Positions 27,192 to 35,694 of a stretch of DNA of 55,924 nucleotides are shown one piece after another (positions within the stretch are counted from its first letter, which is position 1; the number at the start of each line of letters is the position of its first letter). The stretch is from a virus (lineage: Duplodnaviria > Caudoviricetes): the IMG/VR virus record IMGVR_UViG_3300037311_000518, positions 1-55,924 of that record. One strand, given 5' to 3'. Below the pieces are notes generated by a model. The model worked only from the letters and a program-made list of their open reading frames with translations. It did not search any database and had not been told where the DNA came from. The position numbers and the translations under genes were made by a program.

Positions 27192-27509
27192 TTACTGTCC
27201 TGTACCCTCATTCGATAGCGCTCGAATTTTCCGTAACTGCGAATTCGCGAGGTGCAGCGCCGTCACCGCCTGGTCGTACATGCCCAAAATGTCGGCGTTG
27301 GTTAACACGTCGCGCCGGATATGTTCGATGCTAACCGGCTCAGTCAGCTCGTCCGGGATCGGCACGAACTGCCGAACCGGCACCTCGACTAAAACCGATT
27401 GGGGGGCCGTCACCGGCTCCTGCTTGACTCCACTGCTCGCGCAGGCGCTCAGCAATAGCAGGGCACACAGGCTGGTCAGCCCAAGCCCGGCAGTCGTCGT
27501 GTTCCACAT
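27192..27509 (-). CDS. o-spanin (Rz1-like lipoprotein)
   Basis: Lipobox LSAC; overlaps the 3' end of the i-spanin gene in another frame. Confidence 0.75.
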   Translation of the reverse strand: MWNTTTAGLGLTSLCALLLLSACASSGVKQEPVTAPQSVLVEVPVRQFVPIPDELTEPVSIEHIRRDVLTNADILGMYDQAVTALHLANSQLRKIRALSNEGTGQ

Positions 27510-27879
27510 AGGTCTTTTCCCTGTCGTGTCTCAGTGCATCGAGTGCCATGGCTGCGGCGCGCTTGGACGCGGCTAGCGCTTGACGGGCTTCTGTGATTCG
27601 TTGTTCCGTAGCTCGGTTCTGTCCGATCGCGGATTCCAATCGCTCTCGAAGGTCAAGAACATTCTCGTAGTTGGCGTCGTTGGCCTTAGTCAGATTACTA
27701 ATAGACTCGGCGCGCGTGTCGGCAAGCGATTGCAGGTCGGACACCTGTTGCTCCAATTCCTGTATCCGCTCGCCTCTGGCGGTGTAGCCCTTCCACAGCA
27801 AACCGACACCGGATACCAGCAGTACGCCAAACAGCAGCCAAAGACCTGCCGACGTGATGATACCTTTCGTTCGCTTCAC
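27340..27879 (-). CDS. i-spanin (Rz-like)
   Basis: N-terminal TM, coiled coil, C-terminal CRAWADQPVCP. Confidence 0.75.
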   Translation of the reverse strand: MKRTKGIITSAGLWLLFGVLLVSGVGLLWKGYTARGERIQELEQQVSDLQSLADTRAESISNLTKANDANYENVLDLRERLESAIGQNRATEQRITEARQALAASKRAAAMALDALRHDREKTYVEHDDCRAWADQPVCPAIAERLREQWSQAGAGDGPPIGFSRGAGSAVRADPGRAD

Positions 27880-28124
27880 GATTCATTCCGCAATGAAAAC
27901 AACGGACCACGAGCGTTCTTGTAGTACAGGTTCCGGCAGTGGTCCCGTTGAATAGTTGTCACGATGAGCGCGCTCGCCATGGTCTTGTTCGCGCCGTTCT
28001 TGAAATCGAGTCGCCGATCCATGTCCGCCAATGTCGCGTTGTCGAGCCGCTTGGTCTGCCACTGATATAGGTTGGTAGCCAGCGATGCGGACAGCAGCAG
28101 GCATAGAATGGACAGGGTGCGCAT
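27876..28124 (-). CDS. hypothetical exported/membrane protein
   Basis: Hydrophobic N-terminus; coupled to the spanin gene. Confidence 0.45.
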   Translation of the reverse strand: MRTLSILCLLLSASLATNLYQWQTKRLDNATLADMDRRLDFKNGANKTMASALIVTTIQRDHCRNLYYKNARGPLFSLRNES

Positions 28125-28492
28125 CACTTGCCCCGTAGCTCCTGAATCCAGCGCCATGCAACCAGCGCCAACGATTTCAGGCGCTCGGTGGATACGTAGC
28201 CTCGGCCGATGTAACCGATGGCGAGTCCGATTAGGAAGGTCATGTCTTCTCCGTCCCGCGCTCTCCGGCCCCGATCAGGTCGTGCCGGTTGTCGTCGTTG
28301 ACGCCAGCGAGTAGATGGTCGATCCAGCCTGTCTTGCTCATCTGTCGCACCTCCTGAATGGGTGGACCGTCGCGATCCCGAATGCGTGAACACATCCAGC
28401 AATCGCAGCATTTTGGTGTTCGGGCGACCTTGCCGATCTGCCGCGGATTCAACGCATGGCCGTATTAGTTTCGACGATTGCGCTTGATCCGA

Positions 28493-28669
28493 TCAGTCTC
28501 GTGCCGGCGGATCGACCTGTTGTTGCGCATGCCGCTTGCCCTCAACACGTTCGGCCTTGTGTGTCCGGTGCTTGCCGAACGGGCCGACGATGCCGCCACA
28601 CTTGTTGAACGGTCGGCGCGACCAGTATTCGTAGCCCGGCGACTTACTTGCTTTGTGCGTACGGCTCAT
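28493..28669 (-). CDS. small basic hypothetical protein
   Basis: ATGA overlap with the endolysin stop. Confidence 0.4.
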   Translation of the reverse strand: MSRTHKASKSPGYEYWSRRPFNKCGGIVGPFGKHRTHKAERVEGKRHAQQQVDPPARD

Positions 28670-29247
28670 TCGACTGTGAAGGATTTCAGGGTGACGTAGT
28701 GATTCAGTCCTGACTCGCAATGTTCGCGCTCGGCAGCACGGCGGTTAGACAACCCTCGGACGAACTTGTAGCGGGTCGATCCGTCGGCATTCACGCCGAC
28801 CTTGACGTAGCTCCACACCGGGCGACCGCTGTCGCTTACATGCAGTCGCCGACAGCCAAGCCTCCAATCGCCCCGGTTCCACGCCTTCATGGCGGACGAT
28901 CCACAGGTAGCGCCCGATCCGAAGTTCCACGCATGCGAGCTTGCTGCGTCGAATACAGTCTGCGGCGGACGTCGCGTGAAACAGGCCAGCAATTGACGCT
29001 GAACCTTTTCGATTGCTGCGCGCTCCTCGCGCTGGCACTTTTCCTCGGTCCAGATTTCGCCGACGACAATCGGCGTATCCGTGACGTGTCTTGTCAGTCC
29101 ACGGCATACCGTTGGTAGACCGCTGGCCAAACGATCGGCATAGACCGTGTATTCGCTATCGCCCTCCCATCGGCCTAGGAACGCATAAAGAATTGGCGAG
29201 CAAAGGACCAATCCCCATGCAGCCAGCTTTGTGGCCGGACGCATCAA
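28666..29247 (-). CDS. endolysin, GH24 lysozyme, probable SAR type
   Basis: Hydrophobic N-terminus followed by WEG...Y.D....PTVC.G.T (E-D-T triad); GL.NRR.AE. Confidence 0.9.
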   Translation of the reverse strand: MMRPATKLAAWGLVLCSPILYAFLGRWEGDSEYTVYADRLASGLPTVCRGLTRHVTDTPIVVGEIWTEEKCQREERAAIEKVQRQLLACFTRRPPQTVFDAASSHAWNFGSGATCGSSAMKAWNRGDWRLGCRRLHVSDSGRPVWSYVKVGVNADGSTRYKFVRGLSNRRAAEREHCESGLNHYVTLKSFTVE

Positions 29248-29546
29248 CTATCATCCTCTCCGATCGAGGCGGGCCGACCGGTATTTCGCAGCACTTCCAT
29301 CTGTAATCGATGGCGTTCCGCACGACGATCGGCTTCTTCGAGCGCCAATCGCGTCGTGATCTTGTGATCTCTTCGGCGGTAGTAGTAGTTTGTGAGGAAA
29401 CCTGCCATAGCGATCAACAAGCCCAATACAGCGACAACGTTGTTTACTGTCAGCCAGCCCGCAATCGTTGTCGATGCGCCGGCATACATGGTTTTGTTAC
29501 CCGCAGACGCGATAGCAGCGTCTGTCAGGTGGTCACGCAGGCTCAT
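29244..29546 (-). CDS. holin
   Basis: TM segment followed by NYYYRRRD; directly upstream of the endolysin. Confidence 0.8.
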   Translation of the reverse strand: MSLRDHLTDAAIASAGNKTMYAGASTTIAGWLTVNNVVAVLGLLIAMAGFLTNYYYRRRDHKITTRLALEEADRRAERHRLQMEVLRNTGRPASIGEDDS

Positions 29547-30277
29547 GACGCCAGCCCCGGGTTTGCATGCTGGAACGCGAAGAGCTGCGATGTCGTGAGC
29601 GATCCCGATGCTGACGGCAAGACCGTACCGGCGAGCTGCCCAGCAAAATACTCGGCGCGCTTGATGCCCGCAGCCATTAGCCAGTACGTTCGGCCCGGAA
29701 CGAGCTTGATTCGATTCGCTCGCGTATCACCCGGCACCGTCGACCACAACAGCCATGCGCCGCCGCCGCCGATCGACCAATACGGATCGTTGACGAACTG
29801 GCCGCGCTTGTCGGAAATTCCGACCAGGGCGCGCACGCCTCCGCCCATGTTCGTTCGCTCGATGCCGCCCTCGTAACCAGCCGGCGGCGCGATGAACTGG
29901 ATGCAGCACACATCCGCGCGCTCGACGGTGACACGATCGTTCGCGTATTTGGTCTTCGGGTAATAGGCGTTCGCACCGACGGAATCCGTGTTGTACGGCG
30001 GACGCCATGCACCCAGTTTCGTCTGGAAATTGGGAACGCCAGTCCACTGCAGCCACGTGTAATTGCGGATGTTGAACTGCGGGAACAGCGTTCCGTATGA
30101 CAGACCTGACGGCGGATCTACGGGACCTGGCTGATCCAGCGCTGACGCGAAAGCGTTGTTCGCACTCACCGCAGCGGCGGCCGCACTCACCGCGCCCGCT
30201 GGATAACTCGACATCTGCGACTGAATTCTGTCGGCAAAACCGCGAATCTCCGTCGGGGTGATGATCGGCGTTGGCAT
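29543..30277 (-). CDS. hypothetical protein
   Basis: 244 aa, coupled on both sides. Confidence 0.6.
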   Translation of the reverse strand: MPTPIITPTEIRGFADRIQSQMSSYPAGAVSAAAAAVSANNAFASALDQPGPVDPPSGLSYGTLFPQFNIRNYTWLQWTGVPNFQTKLGAWRPPYNTDSVGANAYYPKTKYANDRVTVERADVCCIQFIAPPAGYEGGIERTNMGGGVRALVGISDKRGQFVNDPYWSIGGGGAWLLWSTVPGDTRANRIKLVPGRTYWLMAAGIKRAEYFAGQLAGTVLPSASGSLTTSQLFAFQHANPGLAS

Positions 30278-30525
30278 CAGTCGTCCTCGTTCACGGTCAG
30301 TGCCTGCAAAGAGGCCCAGTTGTGTGCGCCGCTAGCGAAAAATTCTCCCCAGTCATGGCACTCGGCGAATTCCATGCCATCAGGCATTTCAATCACGGCA
30401 CTGATGCCTGTGAGCTGACCCGATCGAGCATCGAACAAAAGCCGCTCCAGAAGCGCAATCAAATCGGGGTTGCCACGCTCGGACTCTCCACCCTTTCCGA
30501 CGACTGCCAACTTCGGTTTTGCCAT
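30277..30525 (-). CDS. hypothetical protein
   Basis: Start taken at MAKPKLAVV. Confidence 0.5.
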   Translation of the reverse strand: MAKPKLAVVGKGGESERGNPDLIALLERLLFDARSGQLTGISAVIEMPDGMEFAECHDWGEFFASGAHNWASLQALTVNEDD

Positions 30526-30526
30526 T

Positions 30527-31762
30527 TCATGCCGCCCGGGCCAGCATGTTGCTGGAAACCCGAACCCGGCCAACCTCGCCGAATTCTTTGTGATACGTGA
30601 TGACCGTGGCATCGCGCCCCGACATCCATCCGCCGCGGCTTGCGTAAGCGTCCGGCGCCGACAGCGTTCTGTGCTGTTCAACGACCATCAAGTTCGTCTC
30701 CTTCACATCGATGTGATGCAGATGCCCCATATGGGCATAGCTGTGCTTAGTTCGTCCGAAGACTTCCCGGAACTTGGCAGCAAACACATCGTCGATGTCC
30801 TTCACCCGCCGCTTGTGTCCGTGATGGAAAAACAGACTCGTCTTCCCATGTTCAATGCAGTAGTAGGGGTCAGGACTCAGGTCGACCGAAATTCTCGGCT
30901 CGTTCTCGTATAAGGCGTGCAGCCACTCCCTCAACCAGATTGATCCGGCTGGGTCATGGTTTCCTTCCGCCATCAGCACATGCACACGCTGGTGTTTCGC
31001 CAGAAGCATGCCGATGACCTTGCGAACCAGCCTTATCGCAACTCGCACGATCTTCTGGTATCGCGTGTCTGCATCAAGCAAATGCTTACTGGCCGGCGTG
31101 AGCGCCTCCAATCCATCGATATGAATGAAATCGCCAAGCTGGGCAAAAATCCCAAGTTCCGCATCGGGCGATTGCCGGATCGCCTCAGCGAACCAGTCAA
31201 CCATAATCTGCTCAGCGATCGCCGTGTCCCAATCGGCCCCCGTTTCCTCGTGCCATGAAAGCATGCCGAGGTGGTAGTCGGTCAGGACATAACAATTTGC
31301 CAAGTCAGGTAGCGACCGCTTAGGAGTCGCCGCAGGCTTCACGCGTGGGATCGTCTCGGACATGGCCTTCAGACCAGTCTCGACCATCTCGCGCATGCGA
31401 TCCGGATCGATCTGCGATTTGACCCACTGCGACCGGACTTTGCCTTGATCGTCGTAGAGCGTCGAAACACCCTTGACCCTATACCCATCAGGTACCGGGT
31501 GGCTCCAGTCGTGTGCCGGACTGAGACCGCGCGAAGCTTCACGACGGGCGGCATAGTCCGCCATCAAATTCTTCGGCGTCCGCTTGTTCGGGAACGGCGG
31601 CAGCAGGATGTTTAGCGAACGCTCGACCTTTCGGCGGCGCTCCTTGCAAGAAGTTTGCGAAATTCCGAGGCTGGCAGCGAAGTCGATCAGGCCGCCCTCG
31701 CCCGTTCTCGCAACACGCTCGTGGTAGGCCATCCACGCGTCGCGAAACTGTTCCGGTGTCAT
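30527..31762 (-). CDS. calcineurin-like metallophosphoesterase with N-terminal HTH-like region
   Basis: TDYHLG, LGDFIH.D, GNHD, HHGH and GHLHH motifs. Confidence 0.85.
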   Translation of the reverse strand: MTPEQFRDAWMAYHERVARTGEGGLIDFAASLGISQTSCKERRRKVERSLNILLPPFPNKRTPKNLMADYAARREASRGLSPAHDWSHPVPDGYRVKGVSTLYDDQGKVRSQWVKSQIDPDRMREMVETGLKAMSETIPRVKPAATPKRSLPDLANCYVLTDYHLGMLSWHEETGADWDTAIAEQIMVDWFAEAIRQSPDAELGIFAQLGDFIHIDGLEALTPASKHLLDADTRYQKIVRVAIRLVRKVIGMLLAKHQRVHVLMAEGNHDPAGSIWLREWLHALYENEPRISVDLSPDPYYCIEHGKTSLFFHHGHKRRVKDIDDVFAAKFREVFGRTKHSYAHMGHLHHIDVKETNLMVVEQHRTLSAPDAYASRGGWMSGRDATVITYHKEFGEVGRVRVSSNMLARAA

Positions 31763-32208
31763 TCCTCGTCCCGAGTGACCGGAAGGCGAAGATCCTCGAC
31801 GCCATCACGGACCATCAGCTCGGCCATGTTGTGAGGGATGATTCTCGGTTCGTTGTGTTCTTCAACAGGTGCTACAGGGATCCTGGCGTTGCGCGGCAAG
31901 GGTGCGCCAGCATCGCGCTCTAGCTCCTCTTGAAGCTGCGCTAGAGCACGCCATGCGACCTTTGCGCTGTGCCGGGTTCCGTCCTTGTCGAAACCGCCGG
32001 CATCAACCTGATGCCGAAGAATCTTGTTCGCATGATCTGTCGACTTTCCACGCGCCCAATGCATCGGCTGCCCGGGGTTGTGCTGGTCGTTTCCGATCTT
32101 GCTGACCCGAGCAACCTCAGCCAGAGCAGCCGGGAAGTAGTACAGCAACCCATCCGCCATCGGATACTCGTTCCGTTCGTCAGCGCCGGATGGGAGCGTG
32201 CCGGTCAC
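31759..32208 (-). CDS. dATP/dGTP diphosphohydrolase-domain (DUF5664-like) protein
   Basis: YFPAALAEVARVSKIGNDQHNPG.PMHWAR.KS.DH...RH and DG.RH.AKVAWRALA motifs. Confidence 0.75.
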   Translation of the reverse strand: MTGTLPSGADERNEYPMADGLLYYFPAALAEVARVSKIGNDQHNPGQPMHWARGKSTDHANKILRHQVDAGGFDKDGTRHSAKVAWRALAQLQEELERDAGAPLPRNARIPVAPVEEHNEPRIIPHNMAELMVRDGVEDLRLPVTRDEE

Positions 32209-32438
32209 GTGGACGGCCCCGATTGATTCCCGAACCTCATGCCGTTGAACCAGCGACGAATCACGTAACTGCGTGCAAGGCTGATCGCCGTGAACACCAG
32301 CCCGATGCCGAACGCATCGATAGGCGTCACGTTGAAGCCGAACATCGGCAGGACGATCAGGTTGGCCGTGAAGTTGATCGAGAATCCGATCCCGATATTG
32401 ACCCATGCCTCAATGAAGGAGCCCAGTTTCGTTTGCAC
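32205..32438 (-). CDS. small two-TM phage membrane protein
   Basis: QTK..SFIEA..NI.IGF...FT.IS..RSY..RR.FN; SD GGAGG. Confidence 0.7.
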   Translation of the reverse strand: MQTKLGSFIEAWVNIGIGFSINFTANLIVLPMFGFNVTPIDAFGIGLVFTAISLARSYVIRRWFNGMRFGNQSGPST

Positions 32439-32569
32439 GTTTCCTCCCGAAATAGAGACAGCCCCACACGCTCACGCCGGGCCTTGGGAGGGCAGGAACC
32501 CGTGTGGCGGCGGGGCTGATGACGTTGCCCGTTTCGGGCTATGCATATTCGCAATTCATGAATTGACGT

Positions 32570-33151
32570 CTAAACGCACGTCAGCAGTAGATCGCGAAGC
32601 TGCTTCGGCGTTTTCGAATAGTCTGCGTCCAGCGTCGGGTTAGCTTCGGCCATGACCTCGGGGACCATGTACGGCCGCCGATCCGGCTGATACCACTTCC
32701 GGATATCAGCCATCACGTTGTAGAAATGTACGTAACTATTCGCGGCGCGACAGTAGGTTTCCAAATCGATCGGCGCATCGATCTCGCGTATGAGCCGAAC
32801 GGTTCTGCGCTCGCAGTCGGCCTCGATCTCTCGTGAGGACTCTATCTGTTTCCTGATTCCCCTGACTCGCTCACCAGCAAGCCAGCCAGCCCAATTGTCG
32901 TGCTCCGATTGACGCCATAAAGGCATCCCCTCGGCCCATTGCGTGAGATGGCTGTATTCATGCAGCAGCGTACCGAGCCTCCTCGGGTGGCCCCACGCAA
33001 CAGCAATGATCGGCTGATCATCGCCTGGGTAGAAATAACCTGATACCTGCAAACCGTCCGACATCACAAAATTGCCGGGCGATGTCAGCACGGATACGCC
33101 GAAGACGTGCGCTCTACGGGTTATTTCCCGCAGAATTTGATCCTCGGTCAC
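32570..33151 (-). CDS. putative zincin-type metallopeptidase
   Basis: LLHEYSH (HExxH) plus downstream E.DCE; SD GGGAG. Confidence 0.6.
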   Translation of the reverse strand: MTEDQILREITRRAHVFGVSVLTSPGNFVMSDGLQVSGYFYPGDDQPIIAVAWGHPRRLGTLLHEYSHLTQWAEGMPLWRQSEHDNWAGWLAGERVRGIRKQIESSREIEADCERRTVRLIREIDAPIDLETYCRAANSYVHFYNVMADIRKWYQPDRRPYMVPEVMAEANPTLDADYSKTPKQLRDLLLTCV

Positions 33152-33305
33152 AGTCTCTCCCTATGTAAATAGGCCCCGACTGTCAGACAGCCGCCGTCAT
33201 TTCGATGGGTGCGCGCATAAGGCGTCTCACGACGAGCGAGCGCGAGGCGGTTTCGGTTGGCCATTCTGGTTGCATCACCCGAAACTGATCCCGGGTGCTG
33301 AAATT

Positions 33306-33524
33306 TGGAGCTTGCGGGCCGAACGCTACCTCGGCACTGTGGGCAATAGGCGCGTACCGGCGCCTAGTTTTACTTCCTCCCTTTCGGGCTACCCCCTGGA
33401 CCAGCTTGCCGAAATCCTCGGCAACCTAACCGCGGCAGATGTGACCGGCACTATGTGCCACATCACGGACCGGCAGGGTTCTCGCTCCACTGATTAGCGC
33501 TTTCGCTCCAGCGCCGCCGCAAGC
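33306..33524 (-). ncRNA. candidate 219-nt structured RNA with tRNA-like ends
   Basis: 5' GCTTGCGG pairs with 3' CCGCAAGC followed by TCCA; adjacent GCCGA/TCGGC arm; several internal hairpins. Confidence 0.5.
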
Positions 33525-33563
33525 ATTGATTTTTGTCGACGCTTTCGTCGAATTACGGTCGTT

Positions 33564-33851
33564 TCAGACGGCAAATCGCCGAGTGTGTCGAGTTATCGGC
33601 ATGGTCCGCCATGTCGAATTCACGCAATGGCCTCTACTCAGGATGTGCTCGTCGCTGATGGTTTCCCGAGAGAGCCAGATGCGAACCCGGCCAAGCTGTA
33701 CGGCGATCGACGATTCTCGGCCCACTGCTGTGTCCCTGGCTTTTGCAAGCCGGAACACTACGTCTGATTTTGCCTGGACCAGCTGTTCCCGATTACATCG
33801 GGACACGAACGCCTTGACCTGCCGCTCTGTGCAGTTAAGGTAGTCAAGCAT
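33564..33851 (-). CDS. hypothetical protein (first late gene)
   Basis: ATG with SD GGAG just after the tR'-like terminator. Confidence 0.5.
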   Translation of the reverse strand: MLDYLNCTERQVKAFVSRCNREQLVQAKSDVVFRLAKARDTAVGRESSIAVQLGRVRIWLSRETISDEHILSRGHCVNSTWRTMPITRHTRRFAV

Positions 33852-33861
33852 TCGGTCTCCA

Positions 33862-33890
33862 GAAACAGAAAACCCGGCACTTGGCCGGGT
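33862..33890 (-). terminator. tR'-like terminator downstream of the late promoter region
   Basis: Minus strand reads ACCCGGC-CAAGT-GCCGGGT followed by TTTCTGTTTC. Confidence 0.7.
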
Positions 33891-33919
33891 ATTGTTGATG
33901 CTAGTAAAGATAGCTTATT

Positions 33920-33944
33920 TAGTGGATACCCAAGGTATCCACTA
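33920..33944. promoter_or_regulatory. perfect 11-bp inverted repeat in the pR'-like late promoter region
   Basis: TAGTGGATACC-CAA-GGTATCCACTA, overlapping the Q stop codon. Confidence 0.55.
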
Positions 33945-34583
33945 TGCGGCCCTTCCTAACGCATGCCTGAACTCCGAAGACGCCGTTATCTGGGCCTGCA
34001 TCAATTCGGAGTACACCCAACGGTAAACATCGGTCCACGCCTTCGTAAAGGCGCGATGCGTCAGCCCCATCCGCTTCGATCGACGCCTGATCGGTTCCGG
34101 CTCGATACCTGTCCCCTTGCAATGCCCGCAGACGATGACCTCGCCGGATGCCTCCAGTTGGGCCTTTTTCTTGCCCTTGCAAACCTCGCACACGTCGCCG
34201 TGGATGATCTCCTGAATAACTGCCCTGACCAGCGCCATGTACCGATCGGCGTGAAACTTCGGCCAGATACCCGCGTTCAACGATCCGCGAAGTACATTCA
34301 GTGTCCCGCGCCCGTTGCTGAGCATCATTCGCAACTGATCGTTTATCCTGAGATTTTCTCGCCGGATGTACTCCGAGCGAACCAAATCGAAAACGTCCAA
34401 ATCCAACTGCCGCCAATCCAACATTCCAGGGCAATGCATTCGCATCAGGACTTTTCCGCCGAGCTTGTTTTGCACCATCCCCAACGCTGCGGCGATGTCC
34501 TGATCGCTTAGCTCCTGAGTCCCGCCGGATCCGATATCGAATCGAGCGGTCTTTGGGTTAAGACGTGTTAGTAGCTCGCTCAT
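33942..34583 (-). CDS. late antitermination protein Q-like
   Basis: LS.QDIAAALGM and two CxxCxG knuckles; position after RusA and before the late operon. Confidence 0.8.
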   Translation of the reverse strand: MSELLTRLNPKTARFDIGSGGTQELSDQDIAAALGMVQNKLGGKVLMRMHCPGMLDWRQLDLDVFDLVRSEYIRRENLRINDQLRMMLSNGRGTLNVLRGSLNAGIWPKFHADRYMALVRAVIQEIIHGDVCEVCKGKKKAQLEASGEVIVCGHCKGTGIEPEPIRRRSKRMGLTHRAFTKAWTDVYRWVYSELMQAQITASSEFRHALGRAA

Positions 34584-34930
34584 ACCGCCTCCAAAGTCAC
34601 GTCAAGTCTCGGCCGGTTACGGTCGATCCCGGCCTTTCGGATGTGCAGCTCCACGATCTGCGAGTCATCCTCAAACACACGGGCGGCCTGCAACGCATCG
34701 CAGGCAGCCTTGTTGAGGTTGTCGATGTCGCGACGCCGGTTGTCCGGCATGTAGGCATCTACCGTCATCTTCACCGCCGATCTGCCCATGCTCGGGTGAC
34801 GACCGATCATCACGATGTTTCCGACGAGACGCCGATACTCTCTGCCCTCTCGCGACAGCAGGACGCGGCCCTTCACGCTGCGCCAAATGAGGTTCACGCT
34901 GGGCGGCCATGGCAATTCGAGACGGATCAA
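34580..34930 (-). CDS. rusA: RusA Holliday junction resolvase
   Basis: LPWPPSVN and PDNRRRDIDNL.KA..DAL...DDSQI motifs. Confidence 0.92.
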   Translation of the reverse strand: MIRLELPWPPSVNLIWRSVKGRVLLSREGREYRRLVGNIVMIGRHPSMGRSAVKMTVDAYMPDNRRRDIDNLNKAACDALQAARVFEDDSQIVELHIRKAGIDRNRPRLDVTLEAV

Positions 34931-35121
34931 CGCTGCCTCCAGAATCCGAATATCGCCATGAAGTTGTCGGGAAATCCCAGACCTTTCCGCTTGTCCAGTT
35001 CACGCGCCGCTCGATCACGATATGCAGCTCGCTTGCGATGCTTGCGCTCCCAGCTGCCCGTTCCATGGCGACGCTCGCATAGTTGCCTAGCAAGTCGCTC
35101 CAGTGTGTCGAAGTCCGTCAT
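34927..35121 (-). CDS. hypothetical protein
   Basis: Coupled small ORF starting MTDFDTL. Confidence 0.4.
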   Translation of the reverse strand: MTDFDTLERLARQLCERRHGTGSWERKHRKRAAYRDRAARELDKRKGLGFPDNFMAIFGFWRQR

Positions 35122-35308
35122 GCGCGGCGCTTCCAGTTTCGGAAACCATGCCGCTTCATTTTGTGCTGCCGGATCAGGCGCAACTGACGAGTCCAGAAGT
35201 TGGAAACACGAAGCTCTTCGATTGCCCACAGAAATTGCCTTGACGCGCCGCCTAGACGATCCAGCCCTTCGGCCATGTCGATGATCGCGCTGGAAAGTGG
35301 CGTCGCTT

Positions 35309-35491
35309 TCATGCTGCCTTCTTCGCCAATCGGTTCAATTCCGCACGAAGCTCCGGTCCCGCCGCATTCCACAACGCCCGCTTCTCGGCTGGATTCGCGG
35401 CTTTCAACATCTCGACCCATTTCGGCGCTACATACCGTGCCCACGCCTCGCGATCGGTCAGGTACAGCTCGTATTCCTCGGTGTGATTCAT
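35309..35491 (-). CDS. hypothetical protein
   Basis: Coupled small ORF starting MNHTEEY. Confidence 0.45.
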   Translation of the reverse strand: MNHTEEYELYLTDREAWARYVAPKWVEMLKAANPAEKRALWNAAGPELRAELNRLAKKAA

Positions 35492-35694
35492 GCAGCGACA
35501 TAGGCGTACTCGACGCGGCCACCATCCCTGACGCGAACTCTGCGCAATTGGCCGCGCTTCCACTCTCGTCTAAGCCTTTGGCTCGCTGCGGCGATATCCA
35601 ATCGCTCCATGTCGGCTAGCTGCCGAGCGGTCACTGGCCTGCCGTGACCGAGTGGGATAGGAGCAATCGGGGTTGTCAGTGCGCGTAGGTTCAT
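35488..35694 (-). CDS. small winged-HTH-like protein
   Basis: VTARQLAD...AASQRLRR...G.LRR; ATGA overlaps. Confidence 0.5.
   Translation of the reverse strand: MNLRALTTPIAPIPLGHGRPVTARQLADMERLDIAAASQRLRREWKRGQLRRVRVRDGGRVEYAYVAA

Noticed and set aside
31759-32208. Z-base (2-aminoadenine) genome system
   Set aside because: No PurZ or phage DNA polymerase is seen in the window
33152-33560. Canonical tRNA or tmRNA genes after Q
   Set aside because: No GTTCRA T-loop, D-arm or anticodon arm, and no Ala-type acceptor; kept only as a tRNA-like ncRNA candidate
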